DNA of 64,000 nucleotides, taken from positions 281,652 through 345,651 of the forward strand of contig CAVTOA010000003.1 of the NCBI GenBank assembly GCA_963736285.1, in the 5' to 3' direction. Of the stretch, positions 9,583 through 18,135 are shown in pieces (position 1 is the stretch's first letter; each line of letters begins with the position of its first letter). This DNA comes from an uncultured Acidimicrobiales bacterium (GTDB lineage Bacteria; Actinomycetota; Actinomycetes; Mycobacteriales; QHCE01). Both the position numbers and the translations under genes were made by a program. The notes under the pieces were generated by a model. The model did no database searches. It saw only the letters and a program-made list of their open reading frames with translations, and was not told the origin of the DNA.

Positions 9583-10263
9583 CTAACCGTAGACTCCTCG
9601 GTTTTGGTCACGAATGACCCGGCCGCCTTCTAGCTCCACCACTCGGCGGCGCATCTGATTGACGATGTTCGCGTCGTGGGTAGCCATGACCACGGTCGTG
9701 CCCGTGCGGTTAATCCGGTCCAGTAATCGCATGATCTCGATACTGGTATCTGGGTCCAGGTTTCCGGTGGGTTCATCAGCGAGCAGCACCAGCGGTCTGT
9801 TCACAAACGCACGAGCAATGGCGACCCGTTGCTGCTCACCACCGGAGAGCTCCGTTGGATACCGATTTTCCTTGCCCTCCAGTCCAACGAGGCTCAAGAC
9901 CTCGGGTACAACCCGGCGAATAACCGGGCGAGTCTTTCCGATTACTTCCAGAGCAAAGGCCACGTTCTCCGCAGCCGTCTTGTTGGGAAGTAGCCGGAAA
10001 TCTTGGAAGACACATCCGATGCTGCGGCGCACTTGTGGCACCCGCCAACCACGGATGGAGGTTAGGTCGCGGCCCGCAATCCACACCTTGCCTTTGGAAG
10101 GCGTCTCTTCTCGCAGCAGCAACCGGATAAACGTCGACTTGCCTGAGCCGGACGGTCCGATGAAAAAGACAAACTCGCCCTTGTCGACAGTGACGCTGAC
10201 ATCGTCCAGCGCTGGGCGCCGCGACTTTGGATACAGCTTGGTTACACGGTCGAGGGTAATCAC
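9583..10263 (-). CDS. ftsE: cell division ATP-binding protein FtsE
   Basis: ABC ATPase with Walker [10 protein letters not shown], signature LSGGEQQRV and Walker [12 protein letters not shown]. Confidence 0.95.
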   Translation of the reverse strand: MITLDRVTKLYPKSRRPALDDVSVTVDKGEFVFFIGPSGSGKSTFIRLLLREETPSKGKVWIAGRDLTSIRGWRVPQVRRSIGCVFQDFRLLPNKTAAENVAFALEVIGKTRPVIRRVVPEVLSLVGLEGKENRYPTELSGGEQQRVAIARAFVNRPLVLLADEPTGNLDPDTSIEIMRLLDRINRTGTTVVMATHDANIVNQMRRRVVELEGGRVIRDQNRGVYG

Positions 10264-10413
10264 AACGTGCCAGTGTAGCGAGCGACTCCCGCGAGCCGCT
10301 AACGGCGTAGCAAGTAGCGCGTGGGCACATGCGAGACAACACTCGCATTATGGACAGGGGCGACACGAAGCGCATTTTACGGAAATTACTGGCTATTTCG
10401 CTAATCTTGACAA

Positions 10414-11007
10414 GTGGCTAACTATTCCAATGCAGACAGTGACCTCGTCGACGCGATGACCAAGGCGCTAGTCCAGCTCCCACCCACCGAACAGTGGACT
10501 CGTATCCACGAGCACCTCGTGGCTGTCACGCAAGAATTAGCCACAGTGGGCTCCCATGCACACGCAGAGCCGGTAAAAAATGCCGCCGAGGCTATGCACC
10601 AAGCCACATCTCATCTTCAAGACGCACAGACCCATTACTCCATGGTCATCACAGAATTTGCACACGCCCTAGGCCGGACTATTGTTCCAGCGGGCGATAT
10701 CAAGCTCCCAACAATGCGACGCCCTCATCGCCCCAGTGGAACCAGCGCCGCCGCACTTAGTCAATTCTATTCGGACTGTCGCGAGGTGCTCATGTCCGAT
10801 TTGATAGGTCCAATTAGGACCAGCATCGCAACCGCATCCGGCGAGATAAACACCTGCCTAAAAATGGCACAGGATAAAGAAAAACCTGTTCCCCCGGCAG
10901 TACTTCCCGCATGCAGCGGCCTCATTACTTTGCACGCTAGCCTTGGGTTGCCCGCGATGAAACAGCTCAATGCCGCGAACGAGCTCCACACAAAAGCGAT
11001 GGTCTAG
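10414..11007 (+). CDS. hypothetical helical protein (opposite strand to all neighbours)
   Basis: 197-aa ORF with a non-ATG start in the track and no clear RBS. The first ~90 aa look like a two-helix hairpin. No family recognised. Confidence 0.4.
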   Translation: MANYSNADSDLVDAMTKALVQLPPTEQWTRIHEHLVAVTQELATVGSHAHAEPVKNAAEAMHQATSHLQDAQTHYSMVITEFAHALGRTIVPAGDIKLPTMRRPHRPSGTSAAALSQFYSDCREVLMSDLIGPIRTSIATASGEINTCLKMAQDKEKPVPPAVLPACSGLITLHASLGLPAMKQLNAANELHTKAMV

Positions 11008-11048
11008 CTACTGACGCGGAATGTGGGCTACGTTAATCCAACCCTGGC

Positions 11049-12212
11049 TCAGCTTGCCGCGGTCTCTTTCTCGTGGCTTCTCCGCCACCGAATTCCGGCC
11101 TCGATAAAGTCGTCGATTTCGCCGTCAAATACAGCCTGCGGATTCCCGACTTCGTGACCCGTGCGGATGTCCTTCACCATCTGGTAGGGGTGCAATACAT
11201 AAGAACGCATCTGATTACCCCACGAGCCCGCTGAGTCGGTACGCAAAGCATCCATCTCCGCCTTTTGCTCTTGGCGGCGCAGCTCCAGCAAACGCGATTG
11301 CAACACCCTCATAGCCGCCGCGCGATTTTGGATCTGCGATTTCTCGTTTTGGCAGCTCACGACTATTCCACTTGGCACGTGCGTGATACGGACGGCCGAG
11401 TCAGTGGTATTTACGCTCTGCCCGCCAGGTCCCGATGAGCGGAATACGTCGACACGGATCTCATTTTCTGGGATTTCTACGTGGTCGGTCTGCTCCACAA
11501 CGGGCAGCACCTCTACCCCAGCAAAAGACGTCTGCCGGCGTCCCTGGTTGTCGTAGGAGCTGATCCGCACCATGCGGTGAGTGCCGCTCTCTACCGAGAG
11601 GGTCCCGTAGGCATAAGGGATCTTGACCGCGAACGTGGCTGACTTAATACCTGCCTCTTCCGCGTAGGAGATGTCGTACACCTCCGTCGGATAGCCGTGC
11701 CGTTCCGACCAGCGCAGATACATCCGAAGGAGCATCTCCGCAAAGTCTGACGCGTCTATCCCACCCGCTTGTGCGTGAATGTTCACCAGCGCTTCACGAG
11801 CGTCATAGTCGCCAGAAAGCAACGTACGAACTTCCAACTCGTCAATCGAAGACCGCAGCGACCGCAGCTCGGCAGTAACCTCATTTCGTACGCTCGAGTC
11901 TGACTCATCCTCTGCCAAATCGAACAGAACCCGACAGTCATCCAGCCGACGGCGCAAGCTACCCACTCTGTTCAGTTCGCCTTGAACAAACGACAGTCGA
12001 GAGGTAACTCTCTGTGCTCTTTCTTGATCGCCCCACAGATCCGGAGCCGCTGCCTCCTGATTGAGCTCAGCTAACTCGCCACGCAATTTGTCGAGATCAA
12101 GGACCGTTTCAACGGAAGAGAGCGTGGAGTCAAGGTCTTTGAGTTCGTCGCGTACGTCTACAGATGCCACGTTGCCCAGCGTACGGGGTAGAGGCGTTAG
12201 CTCGTGGACCAT
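11049..12212 (-). CDS. prfB: peptide chain release factor 2 (uninterrupted ORF, variant SSY instead of SPF)
   Basis: GGQ motif (SGPGGQSVN) and an RF2-type domain 2 sequence, [20 protein letters not shown], alignable to E. coli LVRKSPFDSGGRRHTSF. No CUU UGA frameshift site. Confidence 0.9.
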   Translation of the reverse strand: MVHELTPLPRTLGNVASVDVRDELKDLDSTLSSVETVLDLDKLRGELAELNQEAAAPDLWGDQERAQRVTSRLSFVQGELNRVGSLRRRLDDCRVLFDLAEDESDSSVRNEVTAELRSLRSSIDELEVRTLLSGDYDAREALVNIHAQAGGIDASDFAEMLLRMYLRWSERHGYPTEVYDISYAEEAGIKSATFAVKIPYAYGTLSVESGTHRMVRISSYDNQGRRQTSFAGVEVLPVVEQTDHVEIPENEIRVDVFRSSGPGGQSVNTTDSAVRITHVPSGIVVSCQNEKSQIQNRAAAMRVLQSRLLELRRQEQKAEMDALRTDSAGSWGNQMRSYVLHPYQMVKDIRTGHEVGNPQAVFDGEIDDFIEAGIRWRRSHEKETAAS

Positions 12213-12307
12213 GGGAGCCCTAATTGGTCTGCGCCGCGCTCTTACAAAGAATCAGCAAGGCACATGCGGCAGCGCCACGGCTCGGCGCAGACCAATTCTG
12301 ACAAGTG

Positions 12308-12853
12308 CTAACTCGACGTTGGTGCGCTCGCGAGCCAGCGCAAAACCGCTTTTTGGTAGGTGATAGAGAACTCCAAGGTGGCAACCTGAAAAGCGTCGCC
12401 TTCTTTCTTCGCCTCCTTGAGCTGCTCCTTGAGCTCCTCAAGCTTGGCATCGCGTGCCTGCGTCTGTGACTCGTAAAGCTCACGGAGCTGCTTAGCGCTG
12501 TGCTGGCCCCCGAACGCTGCCCGCAAAAGCAGCGGGTTTCGAAGCTGATCGCGGCCCGCAGGCTCGCCGAGCCACCGAGTAAAGGCACGCTTACCCGCAG
12601 CAGTGATCGAATACGGTTGGGAAGACCGCGGTCCCGGCTTGCCGGTACGCACGTACCCCGCCTCAGCGAGCAACGGCAGTTCCCGGTAGACCTGACTACG
12701 GGTAGTGGTCCAGAACGGACCCAAACGAGCCTCAGCCGTGGCCATGAGCTGGCCCCCGGTCATCGCTCCATCGTGGAGTAGCCCAAGCAGGGCAGCTGCT
12801 GTCGCATTAAGACCTTTGTCCGCCATACCTACACGCTGCCACGTTATTGCCAC
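12308..12853 (-). CDS. PadR-family transcriptional regulator
   Basis: Winged-helix PadR signature (LLGLLHDGAMTGGQL ... SQVYRELPLLAEAGYV ... YSITAAGKRAF) and a C-terminal coiled-coil. Confidence 0.8.
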   Translation of the reverse strand: MAITWQRVGMADKGLNATAAALLGLLHDGAMTGGQLMATAEARLGPFWTTTRSQVYRELPLLAEAGYVRTGKPGPRSSQPYSITAAGKRAFTRWLGEPAGRDQLRNPLLLRAAFGGQHSAKQLRELYESQTQARDAKLEELKEQLKEAKKEGDAFQVATLEFSITYQKAVLRWLASAPTSS

Positions 12854-12873
12854 AGAATCCAGTCCTTAACAGG

Positions 12874-12886
12874 TTCCACTGTGGAT
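12874..12886. promoter_or_regulatory. palindromic operator candidate upstream of the PadR gene
   Basis: TTCCAC-T-GTGGAT (ATCCACAGTGGAA on the gene strand), 20-35 nt upstream of the PadR ORF start. Shares ATCCACAG with the 13-mer box. Confidence 0.35.
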
Positions 12887-12952
12887 TTTTCTTGAGCTAA
12901 TCCGCTGGTCACGCCTACAAAAGGCGTGACCGCTGTGCGCCACGCGCGAGGG

Positions 12953-13411
12953 TCAACGCAAAGGTGAACGCGCTTCACTGACCGCGGTCCTTACCAAACC
13001 GTGAGAGAACCCAAACACCGTCCCGAAGGGGATTTGAACCAGGCGGCGGCATCTCACCATTACTGCTCTCCGGTCCACAGTGGCGGCCATGACTAGGGAC
13101 GCGTCATCAGTGAGCATGTACGAGCGATATTCACCAAGCGCATGCTGAGCGGCCTCCGTAGCGACGGGAAGCGCGTCGCCCTCCCGCACGCCAACCGCGT
13201 AGACGGCATCCGAGTCAAGCCCGGATGCAGCGGCGATGGCACCTCCGTCGCAGTCTGCTTGCAGGTCACGCTGGGCAAGGAACGCTGACGATGCGGCAGC
13301 TACACCGGCCGTGAGCAAACTCACGATGAGGAAGCACACCAATATAAGGGGAATACTGCTTCCCGCATCACCGTGGATCCGTGCGTGAATACCCGCCAAG
13401 AGCCGTCGCAT
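12953..13411 (-). CDS. TadE/TadG-like pilus assembly (pseudopilin-like) protein
   Basis: Start set at the Met that overlaps the upstream stop (TGATG). N-terminal hydrophobic segment IPLILVCFLIVSLLTAGVAAA. Last gene of the tad operon. Confidence 0.6.
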   Translation of the reverse strand: MRRLLAGIHARIHGDAGSSIPLILVCFLIVSLLTAGVAAASSAFLAQRDLQADCDGGAIAAASGLDSDAVYAVGVREGDALPVATEAAQHALGEYRSYMLTDDASLVMAATVDRRAVMVRCRRLVQIPFGTVFGFSHGLVRTAVSEARSPLR

Positions 13412-13920
13412 CAGACCGCCGCCGTCCGATACGTATCCACATGCACTACAAACCTGCCGGTCACAGTGTTGCGACTGCTGTCCAAAAAGCTTGGCACCCC
13501 CGGAACCGTGAATACCTGAACCACGCATGCGACAAACTCTGCCCCCGGCTCCAACGTGGCCGCACCAGGCGCTGGCGCAACCGGCCCGTTGTCGCACGAT
13601 TGATTGTGTTGGACAAAGCGAAGGAGGGCCTCGCTCGTATCAAGGTTTTGGTCTTGCAACGCCAACCGCACCGCAAAAACCGCACGGTCCACCCCGGTGT
13701 TCACGTTGTCCGCGCTAGCCACAGCACGTCCGGCCTCACGAGCGGCCTGGGTAACAGCGAAGACATTCCGCTGTAGCTCGAACACCGCCACCAACAGGTA
13801 CAGCAGTGGAACCAACACCATGATGCCAAGAAAGACAAATTCGATCGTCGCGGCACCGGTCTCGTCTCGGAACCGACCCAGCACACCACGAAGATTCCTA
13901 GTGCGAGATGGGAGCGTCAA
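13411..13920 (-). CDS. TadE-like protein
   Basis: TadE N-terminal motif GAATIEFVFLGIMVLVPLLYL. Overlaps both neighbouring genes (ATGA and TGATG). Confidence 0.75.
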   Translation of the reverse strand: MTLPSRTRNLRGVLGRFRDETGAATIEFVFLGIMVLVPLLYLLVAVFELQRNVFAVTQAAREAGRAVASADNVNTGVDRAVFAVRLALQDQNLDTSEALLRFVQHNQSCDNGPVAPAPGAATLEPGAEFVACVVQVFTVPGVPSFLDSSRNTVTGRFVVHVDTYRTAAV

Positions 13921-14354
13921 TTTCTTCCCTCCTTGACCGCATGGCCCCGCACCTCTAGTGGCAACACGTCACCCAATGGAGCAAAAAAGACCGGCAACGC
14001 GCCGTCACATCGAACCTCAACGGTCACAATCCCGCCGGTTCCCGTTGCTTGCCTGCCGGTACAGGAGAGCTGGGACGACGCCGATTCGCCTACGCCACGG
14101 CCGAGCAACACCCGGGCGCGACTCGCCCCAGCTGCTGAGGACACATTGGCTGCGGCGGCATAACGTGCGCCCTCAGCAACGCTCGCTGCCGCAACATTGC
14201 GGATGTACAGATATACCGCCACCTGCAGAATCGCCAACGTCAGGAAGATGAGCAGCACAGAGACCAAGGCAAACTCAACGAGCGTGGAGCCCTCCTCTGA
14301 CATCTTTGCGGTCGACACGTGCGCTCTGCGCAAGAAGGACGCCCGGAACGCCAT
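13917..14354 (-). CDS. TadE-like protein
   Basis: TadE motif GSTLVEFALVSVLLIFLTLAILQ, within the tad operon. Confidence 0.75.
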   Translation of the reverse strand: MAFRASFLRRAHVSTAKMSEEGSTLVEFALVSVLLIFLTLAILQVAVYLYIRNVAAASVAEGARYAAAANVSSAAGASRARVLLGRGVGESASSQLSCTGRQATGTGGIVTVEVRCDGALPVFFAPLGDVLPLEVRGHAVKEGRN

Positions 14355-14360
14355 CTCCGC

Positions 14361-14576
14361 CTAACCACCAGTGCCTGAAACCACTTGGCCAATGGCGGTT
14401 TGAACAGCACCAATGATCGCGCCCTTAAACACCGCAAAGACAGCAACAACCAGGCCCGCGGTCATCACCGTAACCATGACCCAGCCAGGAACATCGCCAC
14501 GATCCAGGCCAAGGCGTCGCAGTGACGATATGCGAGCTCGAACGGCCGTGATGGGCCAGCAACGTTGCATCCGCAT
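14361..14576 (-). CDS. Flp-type small pilin candidate
   Basis: Start chosen at the ATG preceded by GGAGG (ORF track extends to 14711). 71 aa with a charged leader ending RG, then DVPGWVMVTVMTAGLVVAVFAVF as a hydrophobic helix. Sits between tadC and the tadE genes. Confidence 0.6.
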   Translation of the reverse strand: MRMQRCWPITAVRARISSLRRLGLDRGDVPGWVMVTVMTAGLVVAVFAVFKGAIIGAVQTAIGQVVSGTGG

Positions 14577-14666
14577 GCACGCCTCCTTCATTGGGAGTAC
14601 AAATAGGATTGATTGACTGCACAGCGTAAAGGAAATGACCGACTGAGTGAGACCGCTGACTGCGCT

Positions 14667-14681
14667 CTGTGGATAACTCCC
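14667..14681 (-). promoter_or_regulatory. conserved box GGGAGTTATCCACAG upstream of flp
   Basis: Reads GGGAGTTATCCACAG on the gene strand, about 90-105 nt upstream of the flp start. The same 15-mer occurs at 17963-17977. Confidence 0.6.
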
Positions 14682-14721
14682 ATGCGGCTCGCGGTAGGCA
14701 AGCCAAATCACGCCCGACCCT

Positions 14722-15663
14722 TTATTGCGTCAACACGGTGATGCTCGCCAAGCCCGGGTAAAGAGCAAAAAGGACAGTAACGGGCAAGATCAGAAAGACC
14801 ACCGGTACCATCATCAAGATTTCCTTTCTCCCTCCCGCTGCGAGCAATGCACGCTTGCCCGCTTCTCGAACATCGGCCGCTTGTGCACGCAATAGCTCGG
14901 CCAATGGAGTTCCTCGCTCTAACGCGATCGCCACGCCATCAACAAATCTTGCCAATGGCGGAAGACTCGTGCGTTTGGAAAGTCGCTCCAATGCGGCAGG
15001 CAAGGTGACGCCCTCTCGCGTATTTGAAATGACGATCTTCAACTCTTTAGAGAGCTCACCGCCGCACAAGCGACATACGCGCTCCAGCGCCGCAAGGGGT
15101 GCTTCACCTGCGGTAACCGCAAGCGCGAGGAATTCCGCGACTATTGGAAACTCGGCGAGCATGTCCTGCTCACGACGCCGAACCCGCATGCTGAGCCACC
15201 AGTCATAGCCCAATGCACCCGCCAGAAATCCCGCGATCGCAAGCACGATGAGGGCTATGAGACTCACCGAACTGGCCGCAATAGATAGCAGCACAGATGA
15301 CAAGCCACCCATTACAAATCCAACAACGCCCCACACCAGTTGTTCAACTCGAAAATCCTCGACGCTCGCCGATGAGCCCAACGCGCTTAACCTGCGCTGC
15401 ACTGACCTGGAACCGCCAAGCGATCGCTCCATCATCGCCGCACCTCGCTCAAGAGCCGGCCGCAAAACCGCTAGAGGAACACCCCAAAGATGAAGCGTTT
15501 CATCGCTCTGAGCCAAGTTAGACGACGGCTGACGTGCACGAAGATAGGGAGCTAGGCGATCGTCGAGCCTCACCCGCCTCATTGGCGGTGAATACGCAAT
15601 AGCCACCAGGAGACCGGTGGCTCCAAAGAGGCCCAGTAACGCTCCTAACGCGACAGAGTTCAC
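14722..15663 (-). CDS. tadC: type II secretion F-family pilus assembly membrane protein TadC
   Basis: 313 aa polytopic protein with a T2SSF-like domain. 4-nt overlap with tadB. Confidence 0.8.
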   Translation of the reverse strand: MNSVALGALLGLFGATGLLVAIAYSPPMRRVRLDDRLAPYLRARQPSSNLAQSDETLHLWGVPLAVLRPALERGAAMMERSLGGSRSVQRRLSALGSSASVEDFRVEQLVWGVVGFVMGGLSSVLLSIAASSVSLIALIVLAIAGFLAGALGYDWWLSMRVRRREQDMLAEFPIVAEFLALAVTAGEAPLAALERVCRLCGGELSKELKIVISNTREGVTLPAALERLSKRTSLPPLARFVDGVAIALERGTPLAELLRAQAADVREAGKRALLAAGGRKEILMMVPVVFLILPVTVLFALYPGLASITVLTQ

Positions 15664-16526
15664 TGTAATACTCGCTTCTCTTCAGGCAAACGGCCAATGC
15701 GAACCATTGCGCGATAAGCAAGGATGCTCACAACTGCCCCAAGTAACAGCAGAATTCGGCCCGCAAAAGACTCGTACGCGCTCAAAGTGGCCGACTGAGT
15801 CGCAAGGAGAAGCAGCACGAGCCAAGGGGCAGCGACCGCAAGGCGAGCAGCATTAATGGTCCAATTTTGACGAGTCTCAAGCTCGGCGCGGGTACGACTC
15901 TCGTCACGCAGAAATGTCGATAGAGTCCGTAACAGCCGACCTAAATCTGTTCCCCCTACTTCGCGTGCGAGCCGTAACGACTCGCAGATCCGATCACCAA
16001 CGGGATCTGCGAGGTGAGTCTTGAGCCGATCGAGGCAATCCGAAAATTTGCCGGTAATTCGGTAATCGCTGGCAAAGCGGCCGAATGCGGCCTGGAGGGG
16101 CGCTGGACCCCGTACTGCCAAAGCCGCGACACCTTCTGGCAAGGAGAGGCCCGCGCGGACGGCGGACGCCAGACTGTCCACAACCTCCGGCCATACCTCG
16201 CGGAAATCAAGTCTGCGCCTTCTTCTTAGGCTACCGATCATCCCGACAGGAGAGAAAAACCCGAAGAATACAAAGCATGTGGCCACCGAGATGCTCCGGC
16301 TCAATGCCAACGTCGCCATACCTGCTAGCAAGCCCGCTGCCAGCTGTAGGCACATGACCTGCCACGGGCCCACTCCTGTGATTCCTGCTTGCCGCAGTGC
16401 TGCGGTTCGTCGCGCTTTCCACTTCGCAAGAGAGTCGGGTCGCTCCGGTCGCACGGGCGCACGACTGTGCCACACAAGCAGTACACCCAAGCCAAACAGT
16501 AACCCGATGACGGCGCCCATTAGCAC
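15660..16526 (-). CDS. tadB: pilus assembly membrane protein TadB
   Basis: 288 aa polytopic T2SSF-like protein. Overlaps tadA by 7 nt. Confidence 0.8.
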   Translation of the reverse strand: MLMGAVIGLLFGLGVLLVWHSRAPVRPERPDSLAKWKARRTAALRQAGITGVGPWQVMCLQLAAGLLAGMATLALSRSISVATCFVFFGFFSPVGMIGSLRRRRRLDFREVWPEVVDSLASAVRAGLSLPEGVAALAVRGPAPLQAAFGRFASDYRITGKFSDCLDRLKTHLADPVGDRICESLRLAREVGGTDLGRLLRTLSTFLRDESRTRAELETRQNWTINAARLAVAAPWLVLLLLATQSATLSAYESFAGRILLLLGAVVSILAYRAMVRIGRLPEEKRVLQ

Positions 16527-17881
16527 TCACCATCTCCCGCCGAAACAGAAGTCACCCGATATTTCGGCTCACTTCGGACAGCGTTGAGCAGCCGGACGAT
16601 ATCGATGCCCGCCCGGGTGAACCGCTCCATATTGGATGGGAAGCCATCTGCTCGTACGAGCTCATTGCCTCGAGTCGCAAAGATGTCGACTGATTCGATG
16701 ACTGTGCCCTCAACCCTGCCAGAGAGGGCTACGACTTCCCCTACTCGCCGCCTGCCCTGACTATCGCTGGTGAGGTGAACCACCAGATCAACACTCGCCG
16801 CGACAGTCGGGACAACGAAAGAGGCCGCGACATTGCTGCCTGCCAGCAGCGGGAGCGTACACAGTTTGGTAATCGCTTCTCGGGCTGAATTGGCATGGAC
16901 ACTCGCCATCCCCGGTAGGCCAGAGTTCAATGCTATGAGCAAGTCTAAGCACTCTGCTTGGCGAACCTCACCAACAATAATTCGCGAGGGGCGCATTCGG
17001 AGGGCTTCGCTAATGAGTCTGCGAAGAGGAATCTCCCCCGTTCCTTCCAAGTTTGGCTGACGCGTTTGCATCGGCACCCAATCCCGGGCATTTAGCCGTA
17101 GCTCAAAGACCTCCTCACAACTGATAATTCGATCATGCTGCGGAATCGCACCAGCCAAGCAATTTAAAAGAGTTGTCTTGCCGGCTTGAGTGCCCCCAGC
17201 CACAACGACATTGAGCCCAGCAATTACCGCCGCCTCTAGGAAACACGCTGCGTGCGCGGTCATAGTTCGAAGTGCGACCAGCTCCGTGAGGGACCGGGCT
17301 TTCACGATGAACTTTCGGATATTGACTGCCCAATGTTCCCGTGTGATGTCAGGTATGACTACGTGCAGGCGAGAACCATCTGGCAAAGTGGCATCAACAA
17401 ACGGGGTAGAAAGGTCAATGCGCCGCCCGGTGTGTTTAAGCATCCGTTCGACCAGCTCAGTTACCTGTTGGTAAGTGAGGACAACTGTTGTCAATTCGCT
17501 GCGATTATTGCGCGAGATAAAAACGTGACCGGGATCGTTGATCCATATCTCCTCGACTTCTGGATCGTCCAAAAACTGTTGCAAAGGACCGAGACCAGCA
17601 ACGGCGTCAAAAAGCATTTTTGCAACGCACTCGGCGTCAGACAGGGGCGGCGATATGCCCGCAGCAGCTTGTGTCGCATAGTCGACGATGGCCTGATCAA
17701 TTAGTGCGCGCACTGTGGCGGGCTCACGGGCAGGGTCGATGCCGTCGCGTCGGATCAGCTCATGTAGCACTGACTCCACAATGGCATATGAACCTACGGT
17801 GTTCTCTGCCCTTGTGTGACCTACATGGGCCCGTGATGCAGACTGCTTCGAGATACTGGTCAACGTGTTGGTTAATGCCAC
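16520..17881 (-). CDS. tadA: Tad/Flp pilus secretion ATPase TadA/CpaF
   Basis: 453 aa. Walker A GGTQAGKTTLLN, a CEEVFEL region and a RIIVGEVR box typical of VirB11/CpaF ATPases. Confidence 0.9.
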   Translation of the reverse strand: MALTNTLTSISKQSASRAHVGHTRAENTVGSYAIVESVLHELIRRDGIDPAREPATVRALIDQAIVDYATQAAAGISPPLSDAECVAKMLFDAVAGLGPLQQFLDDPEVEEIWINDPGHVFISRNNRSELTTVVLTYQQVTELVERMLKHTGRRIDLSTPFVDATLPDGSRLHVVIPDITREHWAVNIRKFIVKARSLTELVALRTMTAHAACFLEAAVIAGLNVVVAGGTQAGKTTLLNCLAGAIPQHDRIISCEEVFELRLNARDWVPMQTRQPNLEGTGEIPLRRLISEALRMRPSRIIVGEVRQAECLDLLIALNSGLPGMASVHANSAREAITKLCTLPLLAGSNVAASFVVPTVAASVDLVVHLTSDSQGRRRVGEVVALSGRVEGTVIESVDIFATRGNELVRADGFPSNMERFTRAGIDIVRLLNAVRSEPKYRVTSVSAGDGEC

Positions 17882-17962
17882 CGAAGCTACCTTCTTTATC
17901 CCTGATGGGTTACTAGCCGCCGCACGGATCGAGAGAACACTAGCTGACGGTTCAACCCCGCA

Positions 17963-17977
17963 GGGAGTTATCCACAG
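17963..17977 (+). promoter_or_regulatory. conserved box GGGAGTTATCCACAG upstream of the FtsK-like ATPase
   Basis: In the 254-bp tadA/FtsK-like divergent intergenic region, about 160-173 nt upstream of the GTG start at 18136. Identical to the flp box, and both share the preceding CCGCA. Confidence 0.6.
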
Positions 17978-18135
17978 TCACGCATTGTCAACAACGAACG
18001 CGCAGCGTCCATATGCGACTGCGCACATGCGGATTGTTTTGTCCAGCGGGGGAAAAAACTTGTGGAAAGAAACAGAGAAGTCTCGGCACCTGGGGATAAG
18101 GCGTCATCCGGTGAGAATTCACGCAGACTAGTCGT

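Noticed and set aside
9659-10459. Long ORFs antisense to real genes: 9659-10459 (266 aa, opposite ftsE), 41965-42840 (291 aa, opposite BI-1), 46363-47169 (268 aa, opposite ppx), 55785-56507 (240 aa, opposite mfd) and 38970-39656 (opposite mtrA/cbs).
   Set aside because: They are Arg/Pro/Ser/Ala-rich and low-complexity, with no motifs, and each lies opposite a gene with clear family signatures. This is the usual stop-poor antisense frame of high-GC DNA.
11049-12212. Programmed +1 frameshift in prfB.
   Set aside because: The ORF is continuous from its ATG, and no CTT TGA C site or upstream short ORF is present. Many actinobacteria lack this autoregulatory shift.
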